Positions 11,923 through 25,149 of a stretch of 64,000 nucleotides of DNA are shown piece after piece. The stretch is from Octopus bimaculoides (lineage: Eukaryota): NCBI RefSeq assembly GCF_001194135.2, contig NC_068999.1, positions 7,532,978 through 7,596,977 of the forward strand, written 5' to 3'. Within the stretch, counting starts at the first letter, position 1; every line of letters starts with the position of its first letter. The translations under genes and the position numbers were made by a program. The notes under the pieces were generated by a model. The model did not search any database, was not told the DNA's origin, and saw only the letters and a program-made list of their open reading frames with translations.

Positions 11923-13024
11923 GAAATTTGAATCAATCTAGTGCTGGCGAAGCCTTCTGTCCCTCTATCGGACACATCATTAATATAGCACCGAGCCAAG
12001 CATGAGAGGGATCAAAGCGTCCCTGTGTTATCTCATCTTCACATAGGCAAATAAATGATTTTGCTAAAACATGGTACATGATGTGATGTCATCATCGCAT
12101 GCCAGTTAAAGCTAGGTAATATACATACGGCCACACAACTAGCATAAAGTTTGTAGATGTTACATTTTAAGCCAACGTAGATGTTAATTTACATATATAA
12201 CAGATAAAATGCACATAGCTGTACGAGTCATTAAAAACCATTATTTCTGAGAAAATCTCAAAATGATTTACTTCAAGAGCTAGGAATGAAATTTGCAGCT
12301 GCCTCAGTTTAAGATATTAGCTGTCAAAATTCAATCGTATTTCTAAGGTGTAATTTGCACCTACATTGTTAATCGATTTGTTACATTTCATGAAATGATT
12401 CTCAACAGGAGGACATTGCTGTTTTCATTGTTTTTCTTGTTGTTGTTTATTACCACCTCTTATCGAGAATAATTCTTATCAAAAGCATTCCAGGTGTATC
12501 TATATCTCTGTATCTAACACAATATAATACAACGCGTCCTTTGATTTTCTAGGTGCAATGGTGTAATTTAAGAAAGATTTGTCATTTTTTTACAGCATTA
12601 AGTTACTAAGTATCGTATTGTTAATTCGTTTTATTTTAAACCTAAGAAGATAATGAATAATATTTTTTACCTACTTGCTTAAGCACTCGCATGTACATCC
12701 TTTACATATCAACCATATTGTATATGACTTGTTGAAAACATTCATTTTATAAGTGGAAATGAAAAGAAAAAATCTTTACGAAATAACTATAAAATCATAC
12801 GATTCAAATTCCACATATGTAAATTAAAATGCTCACCTTCATCGATTCAATACCTACACTTCCATGCTCGTTTGGAACAAGAGAAATTGGTTGTGGTAGA
12901 ATGATTATAGCCAGATACTCCTTCTGTCGTTAAATCTCACTTCTTGGCAAGCAAAATAATTTTCTCCCATTTAGGACTTGTTTTAACTGAGGATTTTGAG
13001 AATGTTTGTAGCCTTACTGGTATA

Positions 13025-13337
13025 CAGTAATACTTCGACTATCGCGGATGCTACGTTCAACCCCACTCCCCACAATAGGTGAAAATCCGCGAAGTAGAAA
13101 CAGTACTGTGCTGTATATTTAAAAAAAAAATTTATATAAAATATATATATTTATTTATTTCATTATAAATGCAAAACAAAACCACGGAGGAATCGACGTA
13201 AGCTTAAATAGCAAACCGCGATAGGTGAACCGCGGTAGGTGAACCGCGATAGGTGAACCGCGATAGATGAACCGCGATAGGTGAACTGCGCTAGGTGAAC
13301 CATGAACAGTGAACCGCGATGTGATGAGGGATTACTG
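13025..13337. mobile_element. Tigger/pogo-type non-autonomous DNA transposon (MITE)
   Basis: TA|CAGTAATACTTCGACTATCGCGG … CCGCGATGTGATGAGGGATTACTG|TA. CAGT termini and TA target duplication, with an internal 14-bp tandem array AACCGCGATAGGTG (13214-13323). Confidence 0.85.
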
Positions 13338-13455
13338 TAATAATCCTTTTCAAAATATAAAAATCAAGTAGATTGAGATGATTGATACAATCGAATCGCG
13401 CTCTATGTCTTGACTATTTACCTTCGTGAAGAGTTAAGTCAATCCTTTTTAAAAA

Positions 13456-13503
<48 letters not shown>

Positions 13504-14345
13504 CATTATTATTATCATTATTATTATATAATTAAAGAAGATTTCTACAGCATATATATATATATATATCAATAAACGATATATGCTTCAACTGCAGCAA
13601 TCCTGCATCTTGGTCGCTGCAATGTCATCAAGAGTCCATCACTCACGTCGTTTTCATAGGAAACTAATTCAAACAAGCTTCCTGCGTTGTTATTCAATTG
13701 AAGGCTATAGCGTTACTTTTTAAATCAAATTGAATTCTGGTCCTTATTATATCCATACATACAGGTATAGGCATGTGTATCTAAAGCAATACGTTATTCA
13801 CTTAACGAATATGTCAGGCCACACACCAATTTATCATCGATGGATTAGAATTTTCTTTATCTTCCCCATGCTTTAACACGTTACTCATGCGTTGGACTGC
13901 ATATTTTGTAATGTATATCACATATCATATACTTCTATCTACTTATAAGATTATCATACGTAATATTCTATAAATCTGTATAATGCTATGGAATATGGGG
14001 CTAATTCCTTGGTTATACAGATATAGTTTCTAGGAAATATTTCTAATTTAAATATTAATCTTTCTGAACATATTCTATATACTTACCAGCTTGAAATTTT
14101 TCTCGCTCATAATTCCTTGCTTGTTCAACTATCTCTCTGTCTGTCTCTTTTTCTGTCTATTTATCTATCTATCTAACTATCAATCGGTCGATCGGTCGGT
14201 ATGCCTGCCTGTCTGTCTGTCTAGCTGGCTAACCGTAGTGATAATGTTTTCCTGTGCTTTATTTGTTCTTTTATATAAGTATAGAGGCATACACACGCAC
14301 ACATACACACACACGTGTGAAGATATATGCATACATACATACATG

Positions 14346-14545
14346 TGACCGCGTGTGTATCGTTGGCGATTTTCTTTCTCTGTCTTCCCTTCTTTGGACT
14401 TTTCCTATATTTCTGATGAAGAGTTCCGCTCGAAACGTGAAATCCTCTTTCTTTTCTGTCCTTTCCTGATCGTCCAATAACACTCTTCTTATTCCACGAA
14501 CTGGCGTTGTTGTTTTATTCGTGTTTTTTTCTTGCTTGTTCATGT
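14346..14545 (+). mobile_element. Short PLE pLTR-like element carrying a hammerhead-like motif (14409-14443)
   Basis: ATTT-CTGATGA-A-GAG-TTCCG-CTC-GAAA-CGT-G-AAAT. Layout resembles 24921-25110; ends in a TA-rich tract. Confidence 0.55.
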
Positions 14546-14666
14546 TTGGATTGACTATGTATATATTATATACATCCATCTATATATGTATCTATATACC
14601 CACATTTTATGTATATACATACTCATAAACAGACACAGACAAACAGGTACACACACACATACACGC

Positions 14667-14713
<47 letters not shown>

Positions 14714-15745
14714 NNNNNNNNNNTCTGTCTTTGAGAAACTTTCTTCCACTTACTATTTAATATACGTAAAATAATGTGCAGCCTGTACATTGGGCCCTCT
14801 TTAGAATTTCACACAAGACTCTTCAATTTCCCCTGGATGTCTCTTACATTCTGAATTAAAATTTTTTTCCAGCCACTAAAATATAAGTTAATTCAAACCA
14901 ATTTTGTCCTTATAAACTTACTATATAGCGATTAGATAACTTATTTGGAGAAAGATTTTTCATTCGTGAAATTTTCTCATTTTATCAATCATTCCAAAAA
15001 TATGAGATTTTTCTGTGTCCTTTAGAATTACTCTGCTACTCAATTTGATCCATGCTTTAATATGCTCTAAAGTAGGTGTACTCCACATTTAAATATATTA
15101 GATATTGACACGAGGTTTTAATTGCAGCGAGATATGATTTTGCTCATCGGTTCCATAACCACTGAACTATTCGCAATGTCTCCATTTATGATATTTATGC
15201 ATTGCACAAGAATATTATTGCCACCTTAGTGTATAATATTCACGTTCAGTTCAATGGTCAACGACAATATTCGCATTTCAGCATTTTCATCTAATTTTCA
15301 GATCGATGATCGATAGTGCCTTAAGGTCTCTGGAGGAGTCACACACATGATGGATGGACTCTCAATAAATCAAAAATAGGAAATAATTAATATTAGTAAA
15401 TCTGTGAATTCTTGACTTTCGCTAACGCAGCAACCAGATAGTCGTAACCATTTAAATCTCTATTGAATTATAAAATCGAATTAATAAAACTGCTTAATGG
15501 TATTATTGCTATCAAGACAATCCATCTCCGATACATATAATCAGAAGTGTGAAAAGAAATGAGCTGTACAATATTGATTTGTTAAATACATAAGATATTA
15601 ATATTGATTTTCAACATTGACAAAATGATACAACTTTCAGATAAGCGGGTATATAGTCGATTAAAGTGTACTTGGTACTTGTTTTGTACTTTCTTTTATC
15701 AGCCTCTCATCGAAGAAAGGTAAAGCTGAATATGGAATGTAATGG

Positions 15746-15827
15746 ACTCATAACGGAAAGACAACTCATAACGGAAAGACAACTCATAACGGAAAGACAA
15801 CTCATAACGGAAAGAAAACTCATAACG
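15746..15827. repeat. 18-bp minisatellite, about 4.5 copies
   Basis: ACTCATAACGGAAAGACA repeated with no spacers. Confidence 0.95.
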
Positions 15828-15992
15828 AGAGCTAAGATATGTATGTGGTTTCTAATTTGATTCCAGATCATCGGTTTTAAATTAACGTCTTTAGTTGATA
15901 TCACATGCACCAGTACCTGAGTAGGACTTGGAATGTTGTTTTATCCAGCCTGGAAGGATGGAAGGTAAAACTGATCCCGGTGATTCAAATTG

Positions 15993-16135
15993 ATAGCAAT
16001 TGAAATAATTTAAATAAATTCATAGCGATTGGAATAATTTAAATAAATACATAACAATTGAAATAATTTAAATAAATTCATAGCAATTGGAATAATTTAA
16101 ATAGATTCATAGAAGCAGAAATAATTTAAATAAAA
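15993..16135. repeat. 29-bp AT-rich minisatellite, about 5 copies
   Basis: ATAGCAATTGAAATAATTTAAATAAATTC with point variants. Confidence 0.9.
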
Positions 16136-16885
16136 TTTAAGATACTTTAAAGCAAGAATCTACAAACCATACAAAGGCTCACATTCTATGTTCCGGGTGG
16201 ATGTAATGTCGAAAACTACATTATTATTTATAATTTCGAAGTGGAAATAGTTACGAACACTGTCAAACAAAAAATATTTCGATAAGTAAAAATAACACAA
16301 AATATCAGAAAAGGGAAGGGAAAGTTATAAAGAAAATGGAACATATATCGAATAAGTAATGGGGCGATTAAAAAGGGAAAACACTTCATGGCAAATCCGG
16401 CAAATATGACAGGGGGGTATTAAGGTGAAATTAGGCATGGCGAATGTGCTAGAGTTGTGGGCTAAAAGCAGAGACGTAAGGCAAAATGTTAGTTGTACAG
16501 GGCCGTTATCTAACCAAAAACATTATGAAAAGGGAATTCATTAGAAACAAGTTAACTTTAAGAGCCAACTATGCAATTAGTGCCAGAAAAGGGCCTGAGC
16601 ATTCCGGCTGTTCAGTTCTTTTCAAGTTTGTACACACACATGCACAACGGTTACCTAAACGGCACCGATCTTAGAAGACAGAATATCGACACCTCATGTT
16701 GAAAACGAGGTGGTATACTTATGTACCAAACACAGTCCATGACAACGATGGGGCACTTTTAATTAGGATACGTCTGTCGAAACAGGCACGTGGATTTAAG
16801 GACCGAGAGTCAAATGTCTGTACAATCATAGACATTTCCATAGCGTATGAATAAACCATTGCTATAAAAACCAAAGTGCAAGTAT

Positions 16886-17312
16886 ATTCTTTCCTTTTCT
16901 ACTCTAGGCGCAAGGCCCGAAATTTTTGGGGAGGGGAGCAGTCGATTAGATCGACCCCAATACACAACCCATACTTAATTTATCGTTCCCGAAAGGATGA
17001 ACGCAAAGTCGACCTTGACAGAGTTTGAACTCAGAACGTAAGGATAGACGAAATGCCGCTAAGCATTTCGCCCGGCGTATTAACGTTGTTTATATTCTCT
17101 TCTACTCTAGTCACAAGGCCTGAAATGTTTTGGGGGAGAAGGGGCCAAGTCGATTAGATCGACCCAAGTAAGCAATTGGTACTTAATTTATTGACCCTGA
17201 AACGATGAAAAGCAAAGTCGACCTCGGCGGAATTTGAACCCAGAACGTAGTGGCAAAGAAATGCCGCTAAGATTTCGCCCGGCGTGCTAACGATTCTGCC
17301 AGCTCGCCACTT
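16886..17312 (-). mobile_element. SINE family A head-to-tail dimer (ctactctagg-tail subfamily)
   Basis: Two copies (16886-17087 and 17089-17312), each beginning tatattct…ttctactctag(g/t)c(g/a)caaggcc(c/t)gaaat. Confidence 0.9.
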
Positions 17313-17429
17313 TAAGTCATTCTATTTAATGTCCTACTAATTATCCGAATGCACTATGTATGTTTGACTCATATGATATTATGATTCATTAACTTAACGA
17401 AATAATTAACTTCATATTTTTATATGTTG

Positions 17430-17640
17430 GTTTCAAAATTTGGCACAAGTCCAACAAGTGCGATGGAAGATAGTAAGTCAATGTAATCTCAACTGGTACT
17501 TGTTTTATCAATCGACCCCAAAACGATGAAAGACAAAGTCGACCTCTGTGGGATATGAAATCAGAAAATAATGAATCGGAAGAACTGCCGCTAAGCATTA
17601 TATTATATCCTACAAACGATTCTAGATGCTTGCCGCCTCA
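17430..17640 (-). mobile_element. SINE family A, old degenerate copy
   Basis: ctggtacttg…atcgaccccaaaacgatgaaagacaaagtcgacctc…tgccgctaagcatt. Confidence 0.7.
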
Positions 17641-17975
17641 TATTATTATATATTTATGTAATATCACTGTTTCTGTATTCTGTAAATACCTACAACGATT
17701 AATAGCAAAATGGCGACTGGAATACAAGCACGTCGACATGAATGAATGTGTTACGTCTTTGCTTAATCATAGAACATCTGAGTTCTTAAGTAATAATCTG
17801 CAGCTTGGGAATATTGCTATGAAAATATCTACAGCTTTGACGTCATTCATGCACTCAATTGAATTAGCTGCCATATATTTTAATGAAAGACGGAAATACA
17901 GGGAAAATTGAAGAGAAGAGAGAATGAAAACAAGTAGACAAACATACAACTACATGTATAGAATAATACTATAAC

Positions 17976-18196
17976 TGTGAGGAGGTGATGAAAAGTTCCT
18001 GGCTTTGCGTAAGAGAAAATACAGGAAGATCAGTTAATTATGATTTTATTCAACATATTCCCATCTCAGATTCACACGCTCATTGCACCAGTCTTTCAGT
18101 TTTTCTAAGCCCTGTAAAAGAACTCGGAAGGATAGGCCTCCAGCCAGGCCTTTTGCAATACTCTTAAAGTGAGAAACTTTTCAGCACCTCCACGTA
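17976..18196 (-). mobile_element. Mariner-derived MITE (about 220 bp)
   Basis: TIRs tgtgaggaggtgatgaaaagttcct and agaaacttttcagcacctccacgta (20/25). The interior on the minus strand encodes a mariner-like C-terminus QGLEKLKDWCNERVNLRWEYVE*. Confidence 0.8.
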
Positions 18197-19164
18197 TATA
18201 AGTAAAAATTATTGGAGATGTAATTTAATCTATGAGTAGAATTGTAGCAAGTGAATCCTTGTTATCAGTGTTAATGTCTCTTTTGAAATAAGTAACTGAA
18301 TTATAGCAGACATGCGTTTTTTGTGTACCTATATATTTTGGAGAGACACGGTGAAAGAGGCATAAATATATACATTTATATATATATATATATATATATA
18401 TNNNNNNNNNNNNNNNNNNNNNNNNNNNNNNNNNNNNNNNNNNNNNNNNNNNNNNNNNNNNNNNNNNNNNNNNNNNNNNNNNNNNNNNNNNNNNNNNNNN
18501 NNNNNNNNNNNNNNNNNNNNNNNNNNNNNNNNNNNNNNNNNNNNNNNNNNNNNNNNNNNNNNNNNNNNNNNNNNNNNNNNNNNNNNNNNNNNNNNNNNNN
18601 NNNNNNNNNNNNNNNNNNNNNNNNNNNNNNNNNNNNNNNNNNNNNNNNNNNNNNNNNNNNNNTATATATATAAACAATATATGAGTATATGCATATATAT
18701 GTACATGTATGTACATACCTTCATCTACATGTACATATAGATACATATCTGGGTACATGACGTTGCAAAGAAACATAGACAAAATGATAAACAAGGTACA
18801 AAAAACAAGCAGGCCACATAGAGAACATATCCTTCATCAGCTGCCACCATTAAAACACTGGTGTTTCGAAGAGTTAGGGTTTTTATACATATATATATAT
18901 CAGCATATAAATATTTATGCATATACTGGTACACACGTATTTCACGAGATGCAGAGGGATATTTACAATGTCAAAGAGATCACAATTCTAAAACCCTGAT
19001 TTGCGTATCAGGGAGAAAAAAAAAATGAAATAAAAAAAAATTGACTTAGGATATGTAAAAACTAAGGATAAATTTAATACAATTTCCAATAATATAAGCA
19101 GATCCAGAGTCGTCAAATTAGCGGAGTTATTGGAGCACTTAAAACAAGTGCCCTGTTTTCTTCG

Positions 19165-19600
19165 CCACCACCACCACCAGCACCACCACCACCAGCACCA
19201 CCACCAGCACCACCACCAGCACCAGCACCACCACCACCANNNNNNNNNNNNNNNNNNNNNNNNNNNNNNNNNNNNNNNNNNNNNNNNNNNNNNNNNNNNN
19301 NNNNNNNNNNNNNNNNNNNNNNNNNNNNNNNNNNNNNNNNNNNNNNNNNNNNNNNNNNNNNNNNNNNNNNNNNNNNNNNNNNNNNNNNNNNNNNNNNNNN
19401 NNNNNNNNNNNNNNNNNNNNNNNNNNNNNNNNNNNNNNNNNNNNNNNNNNNNNNNNNNNNNNNNNNNNNNNNNNNNNNNNNNNNNNNNNNNNNNNNNNNN
19501 NNNNNNNNNNNNNNNNNNNNNNNNNNNNNNNNNNNNNNNNNNNNNNNACCACCATCACCACCACCACCACCACCACCACCACCACGGTTATCACCACTAC
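19165..19600. repeat. (CAC/CAG)n trinucleotide array spanning a gap
   Basis: Direct reading; N-run 19240-19547. Confidence 0.95.
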
Positions 19601-19884
19601 CACTAACAATAACAACACTATAGACAACAATAACAACGAGAACGCCGAAGACTCAACATAAAGCCGAGCATTAGATACAATTCTAAAGGATTAGCATCTT
19701 TATATAAGGAATTTTTCGAACATGTTATTATTGAGAGATTGTTTTCAAGAAAAGGAGAATTAGGTCAACAAGACCTAAAGGCTAACAGAATACTATTTAC
19801 ACTTACGTTGGAATACACAAGCTAAAAATTAATTCTCAGCTAATAAATATACATATATATAAGAAATGTATATATATACATACC

Positions 19885-19984
<100 letters not shown>

Positions 19985-19989
19985 AAATG

Positions 19990-20061
<72 letters not shown>

Positions 20062-20326
20062 AGTGTGTGTGTGTGTGAAATCAATCGATTTCCATATTGA
20101 TCGCTCTGGGGAATATCTTCGAGTGAATGTCAATGGATTTATTAATTTTATTTTGCCACAAACAGCAAGAAACAATACTGGAAGATAATATATTTCATTA
20201 TTTACATATATGTTTCTCGTATTTTCACTTTTCTTGTTTTTATCCCTAATATGTGGTGTAAATCGCGATGGCTTTATTACTGGTTCAAACCTATAAAAAC
20301 TAATGTTATCAGCATCATCATCATCA

Positions 20327-20367
<41 letters not shown>

Positions 20368-20781
20368 GAATGAGAGAGCAGTGCATGCCATCAAAGTGAC
20401 ACTGGGGTACAAATATACGAACCCCATTATACCCATCATGACTACTCGTCTGATAAGGGTACACCAGGCATATGCATCACAATCATATGTGTGCGACATG
20501 GTGATCTCATATCAAGATAAATAGCACATGACCTCGCAGGTGGGGCCCAGTTAGAATTTTCTTCAGGTCAAGTAGCCCATCCCGCTCAAAAGGTCCCTGA
20601 ATAAGGTTTGTTTAAGGATGTTGAACAAAACACCCCTGTTTCCAAAGATAAACTATTCAAACCCCAAAGAATTCCTCTCAACACATGGCTATGATTCTCC
20701 CCCACTACTTCTGCTCATGATCAGCGATGCACACATCGTCAGCCACCAAGGGACATGCTTAACTGGTTAAGGTCAAACAAC
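20368..20781 (-). mobile_element. Interspersed repeat family D, copy 1 (non-LTR-like, (AAT)n tail), truncated by a gap
   Basis: Colinear with 61563-61980 (about 85-90% by eye, not computed); (CAT)n(TAT)n at 20313-20367 and (TTA)n at 20793-20826. Strand inferred from the tail. Confidence 0.8.
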
Positions 20782-20791
20782 NNNNNNNNNN

Positions 20792-20826
<35 letters not shown>

Positions 20827-21014
20827 TTCTTTTTATCACAGATTTTGTTGGAACTCCTGTAGTCTTGCATGCGTGGGAAGATTGCTACTTGCAACCTACG
20901 GTACCATGATATCCAATACTTACCGCATTAATCTTGCCGTACCAAGGAGGAAAAACTTTTGTAACAGTAACTATTGTAACTGGGCACTCTATTCCAATTT
21001 CCCTTATTTTCCAC

Positions 21015-21054
<40 letters not shown>

Positions 21055-21676
21055 GGTTATTGTGGCGTAGGCAGAAACATGCTTGTTTAGATCGATCGTT
21101 TTGCATATATGTTGTTTTTTATTATCGGTTCTTAACCTTCAACTAACTTATTGTTGTGCGTAGAAAGCATTTTCACTGGAAAAATATATTTGTTGCATAT
21201 GTGGATTGTAATGTAAAGAAATGTTTTAAGGTGGCCGGATTCCTAGAATGACATTTATGAAATCCTTTACAATAACGTGCATTTATTTTTTGACATTTAT
21301 TGAAATATCCTTTGACAGTCGTNNNNNNNNNNNNNNNNNNNNNNNNNNNNNNNNNNNNNNNNNNNNNNNNNNNNNNNNNNNNNNNNNNNNNNNNNNNNNN
21401 NNNNNNNNNNNNNNNNNNNNNNNNNNNNNNNNNNNNNNNNNNNNNNNNNNNNNNNNNNNNNNNNNNNNNNNNNNNNNNNNNNNNNNNNNNNNNNNNNNNN
21501 NNNNNNNNNNNNNNNNNNNNNNNNNNNNNNNNNNNNNNNNNNNNNNNNNNNNNNNNNNNNNNNNNNNNNNNNNNNGTGTGTGTGTGTGTGTGTGTGTGAG
21601 CGTGTGTGCGTATGTTCGTGTGTGTGTATGTGTGTGTATAAATATAAACACACACATATATATACACATATATATA

Positions 21677-21728
<52 letters not shown>

Positions 21729-21815
21729 CACACATATATATTCTTACTCACATATATACATACATATATAATTATATATATATATATATACATATAGAAA
21801 TAAACATATAGACAT

Positions 21816-21847
<32 letters not shown>

Positions 21848-22477
21848 TCTTAAATACATATATACATACATATATGCTCTTTCATAAATATATACATACA
21901 TATATATTCTTATATACATATATATGTATACATAAAAAATTTATGTAACGCTTTGGGGTCTTTACATACTGCTGTAATACAAGTGCCCGATGTTTTATTG
22001 GTATGTCTTTCTTTAGTATATTTTGTCTCCTTTCAGAACAAAACTCCCACGTAGAAATTTCTTATACAATAAAACACAGTTTTCGGAGGTGGTTTTATGT
22101 ACACTGTATCTGAAAAGAAACTGGAAAGATGCAATAATAGCTCCCAGATACTTGACCTTCTGTGTTCTAACTTATACACTGCGCTACTTAAATATTTATA
22201 CATGAAGAAGTGGTATCAGAAATAAATATTTTCGAAATATATCGAAATATATCGAATTCTAGTAAGAGAAAACTTGTAAATTTGGAGATTCCAAAACTTA
22301 TTCAGAAGAGAAAATTGCCGACAGAACTATGCAAAAGCAGTGTGGTTTACATATTTCATCAATTCCATAAGTTAAAAACCTTGAGTATTTCAACCGAAGA
22401 AACTAAATCCTGTTAAGTCTTTCGTATAAGCTCCCAAACTTTTGTGTGATTCTATTGATGGTACCAATTCTTGGGGT

Positions 22478-22610
22478 TCTGTCGGTTGCGACGACGAGGA
22501 TTCGATTGGATCCGATCAACGGAGCAGCCTGCTCGTGAAATTTACGTGCAAGTGGCTGAGTACTCCACGGATACGTGTACCCTTAACGTAGTTTGCGGGG
22601 AGATTCAGCG
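22478..22610 (-). mobile_element. SINE family C 3' tail fragment
   Basis: gatccgatcaacggagcagcctgctcgtgaaatttacgtgcaagtggctgag…cttaacgtag…ggggagattcagcgt. Confidence 0.8.
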
Positions 22611-23137
22611 TACTAAGCTCGCAACGACGTCTACACCGGAGGTACAGCATATTATAATCCCACGCAGGCCATTTCAATCTCTAGTTGATCCAAATCTCCC
22701 ACCGTTCTCTCCTAGATATAAGGTGGCCTTATCTCCCGAGAAGTAACTTCATAATTCTCACGGAGTGAAACTTAAGCAACAACTACCAACATACAAACGT
22801 AGTCTATGAATGTATGTGCAGGGACGGCTTAAAGCGGTTTGCAAATATTGGACGGACGATACGGCTAACCCTGTGACGGAAAACATATCTATTCCTATGT
22901 GGTCCTAAGACTTTCGTACTTAAAATGGTGAATCAAGTTCAAGTGAAGGACAAAGAGACTTCGAGTAAATTTTGAACTCTTCGCAATTGTCTACTTTGAT
23001 TTGTTAAGTACAAAAATATACACTTTTCAATCTTTGTAAATTCATGAATATATTAATATTTGTCTCTTCTGTGAGACTTAATATTTAACTTGATGGATAG
23101 CATATATATAAAAAGAACCACATGTTGCATACTGTGG

Positions 23138-23193
<56 letters not shown>

Positions 23194-24507
23194 NNNNNNN
23201 NNNNNNNNNNNNNNNNNNNNNNNNNNNNNNNNNNNNNNNNNNNNNNNNNNNNNNNNNNNNNNNNNNNNNNNNNNNNNNNNNNNNNNNNNNNNNNNNNNNN
23301 NNNNNNNNNNNNNNNNNNNNNNNNNNNNNNNNNNNNNNNNNNNNNNNNNNNNNNNNNNNNNNNNNNNNNNNNNNNNNNNNNNNNNNNNNNNNNNNNNNNN
23401 NNNNNNNNNNNNNNNNNNNNNNNNNNNNNNNNNNNNNNNNNNNNNNNNNNNNNNNNNNNNNNNNNNNNNNNNNNNNNNNNNNNNNNNNNNNNNNNNNNNN
23501 NNNNNNNNNNNNNNNNNNNNNNNNNNNNNNNNNNNNNNNNNNNNNNNNNNNNNNNNNNNNNNNNNNNNNNNNNNNNNNNNNNNNNNNNNNNNNNNNNNNN
23601 NNNNNNNNNNNNNNNNNNNNNNNNNNNNNNNNNNNNNNNNNNNNNNNNNNNNNNNNNNNNNNNNNNNNNNNNNNNNNNNNNNNNNNNNNNNNNNNNNNNN
23701 NNNNNNNNNNNNNNNNNNNNNNNNNNNNNNNNNNNNNNNNNNNNNNNNNNNNNNNNNNNNNNNNNNNNNNNNNNNNNNNNNNNNNNNNNNNNNNNNNNNN
23801 NNNNNNNNNNNNNNNNNNNNNNNNNNNATATATATATATATATATACATATATACATGTGTGTGTGTGTGCACGTGTGTATGTCTCCATATATTTGGATA
23901 TTGTTTTCTATGATTTCTTGTAAAGAAAATCAAGCTTTAGAGTTTCTGCTTATATTTTCTTTCAAACTCTTTTGAAGATTATTTCTCTCAAATATTCTTC
24001 TTTCAAACATTTTCTTGAATACACGAAAATTTATTTATTTCACAGAAATATATGAATATTTCTATGCATTAGTGTTTCTCGGGTATTTTTTTCTAATCAA
24101 TTTAGTATTCTATTCAATAAAATTTTCTATTTCAAGTACCTTTCTAAGCATTAAACTAGTAGATAGCGTTCCGGAAAATTAACACCTGGTTGCGCCCAAA
24201 ATACTATGTAATTTAGTTACACAACGGCAATAAATTTAAAGAAAAGGTTTCGACCCATAACATCAACTTCAATTCTTGGTTGGTATTGTATTCTCTGCAC
24301 TCGGAAGAGATAGAAATCGAAGTTCATCAAAACCTGAAGAACCGCCAGTAATTTCGCAAGGTATTTTTTGGAAACTCTCAGTGAATTAGTGATTTTTTAA
24401 CTGTGTATTTTGATGGCAATTAATTCGTAAAATGAAGACAATCCTTTTCATTTAGAATGTTACTTTTTAGAGGGTTCATTTAGCTTATTACACATTTAGA
24501 GTACTTC

Positions 24508-24661
24508 AGGCTGTTCAAATGTGTTTAAAAAGCTGTTCAGATGTGTTTAGAAGGCCGTTCAAATGTGTTTACAAGACTTTTCAAATGTGTTTACAAGGCT
24601 GTTCAAATGTGTTTACAAGGCTGTTCAAATGTGTTTACAAGGCTGCTCAAATGTGTTTACG
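24508..24661. repeat. 22-bp minisatellite, 7 copies
   Basis: AGGCTGTTCAAATGTGTTTACA repeated with no spacers. Confidence 0.95.
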
Positions 24662-24920
24662 ATATTCGACGCGGTGTATAATATCTATCTATATATATAT
24701 ATATATCTATATATATATATATANNNNNNNNNNNNNNNNNNNNNNNNNNNNNNNNNNNNNNNNNNNNNNNNNNNNNNNNNNNNNNNNNNNNNNNNNNNNN
24801 NNNNNNNNNNNNNNNNNNNNNNNNNNNNNNNNNNNNNNNNNNNNNNNNNNNNNNNNNNNNNNNNNNNNNNNNNNNNNNNNNNNNNNNNNNNNNNNNNNNN
24901 NNNNNNNNNNNNNNNNNNAT

Positions 24921-25110
24921 ATTGACCATTGACTGAACACTATTCAATTTTTTTTCTCCGTGTTTTTCTCCTTGTCTCCGTATTCTTTCTGTTGAAGAGC
25001 GTAACTCGAAACGTCAAAGACTTTCCGTATTCCCGAGCGTCATACTAATATATACTTTTGTTATTTACACCACCTGTCCTCGTCTGTTGTTATTATTTGT
25101 ATATTCTCCC
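24921..25110 (+). mobile_element. About 190-bp PLE pLTR/retrozyme-like element with a hammerhead-like motif (24984-25020)
   Basis: TCTTT-CTGTTGA-A-GAGCGTAACTC-GAAA-CGT-C-AAAGA; near-identical inverse copy at 27106-27298; ends in (TA)n. Confidence 0.7.
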
Positions 25111-25149
25111 ATATATATATATATATACATGTATATATATATATATAGA

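Noticed and set aside
20842-21010. Plus-strand acceptor followed by a Cys-containing frame (…FCNSNYCN…)
   Set aside because: It sits between (TTA)n arrays, has no convincing donor, and the Cys spacing is insufficient for a Ly6/three-finger call.
22471-22746. 91-codon plus-strand ORF
   Set aside because: The first half is the SINE C tail read in frame, and the remainder has no supportable homology.
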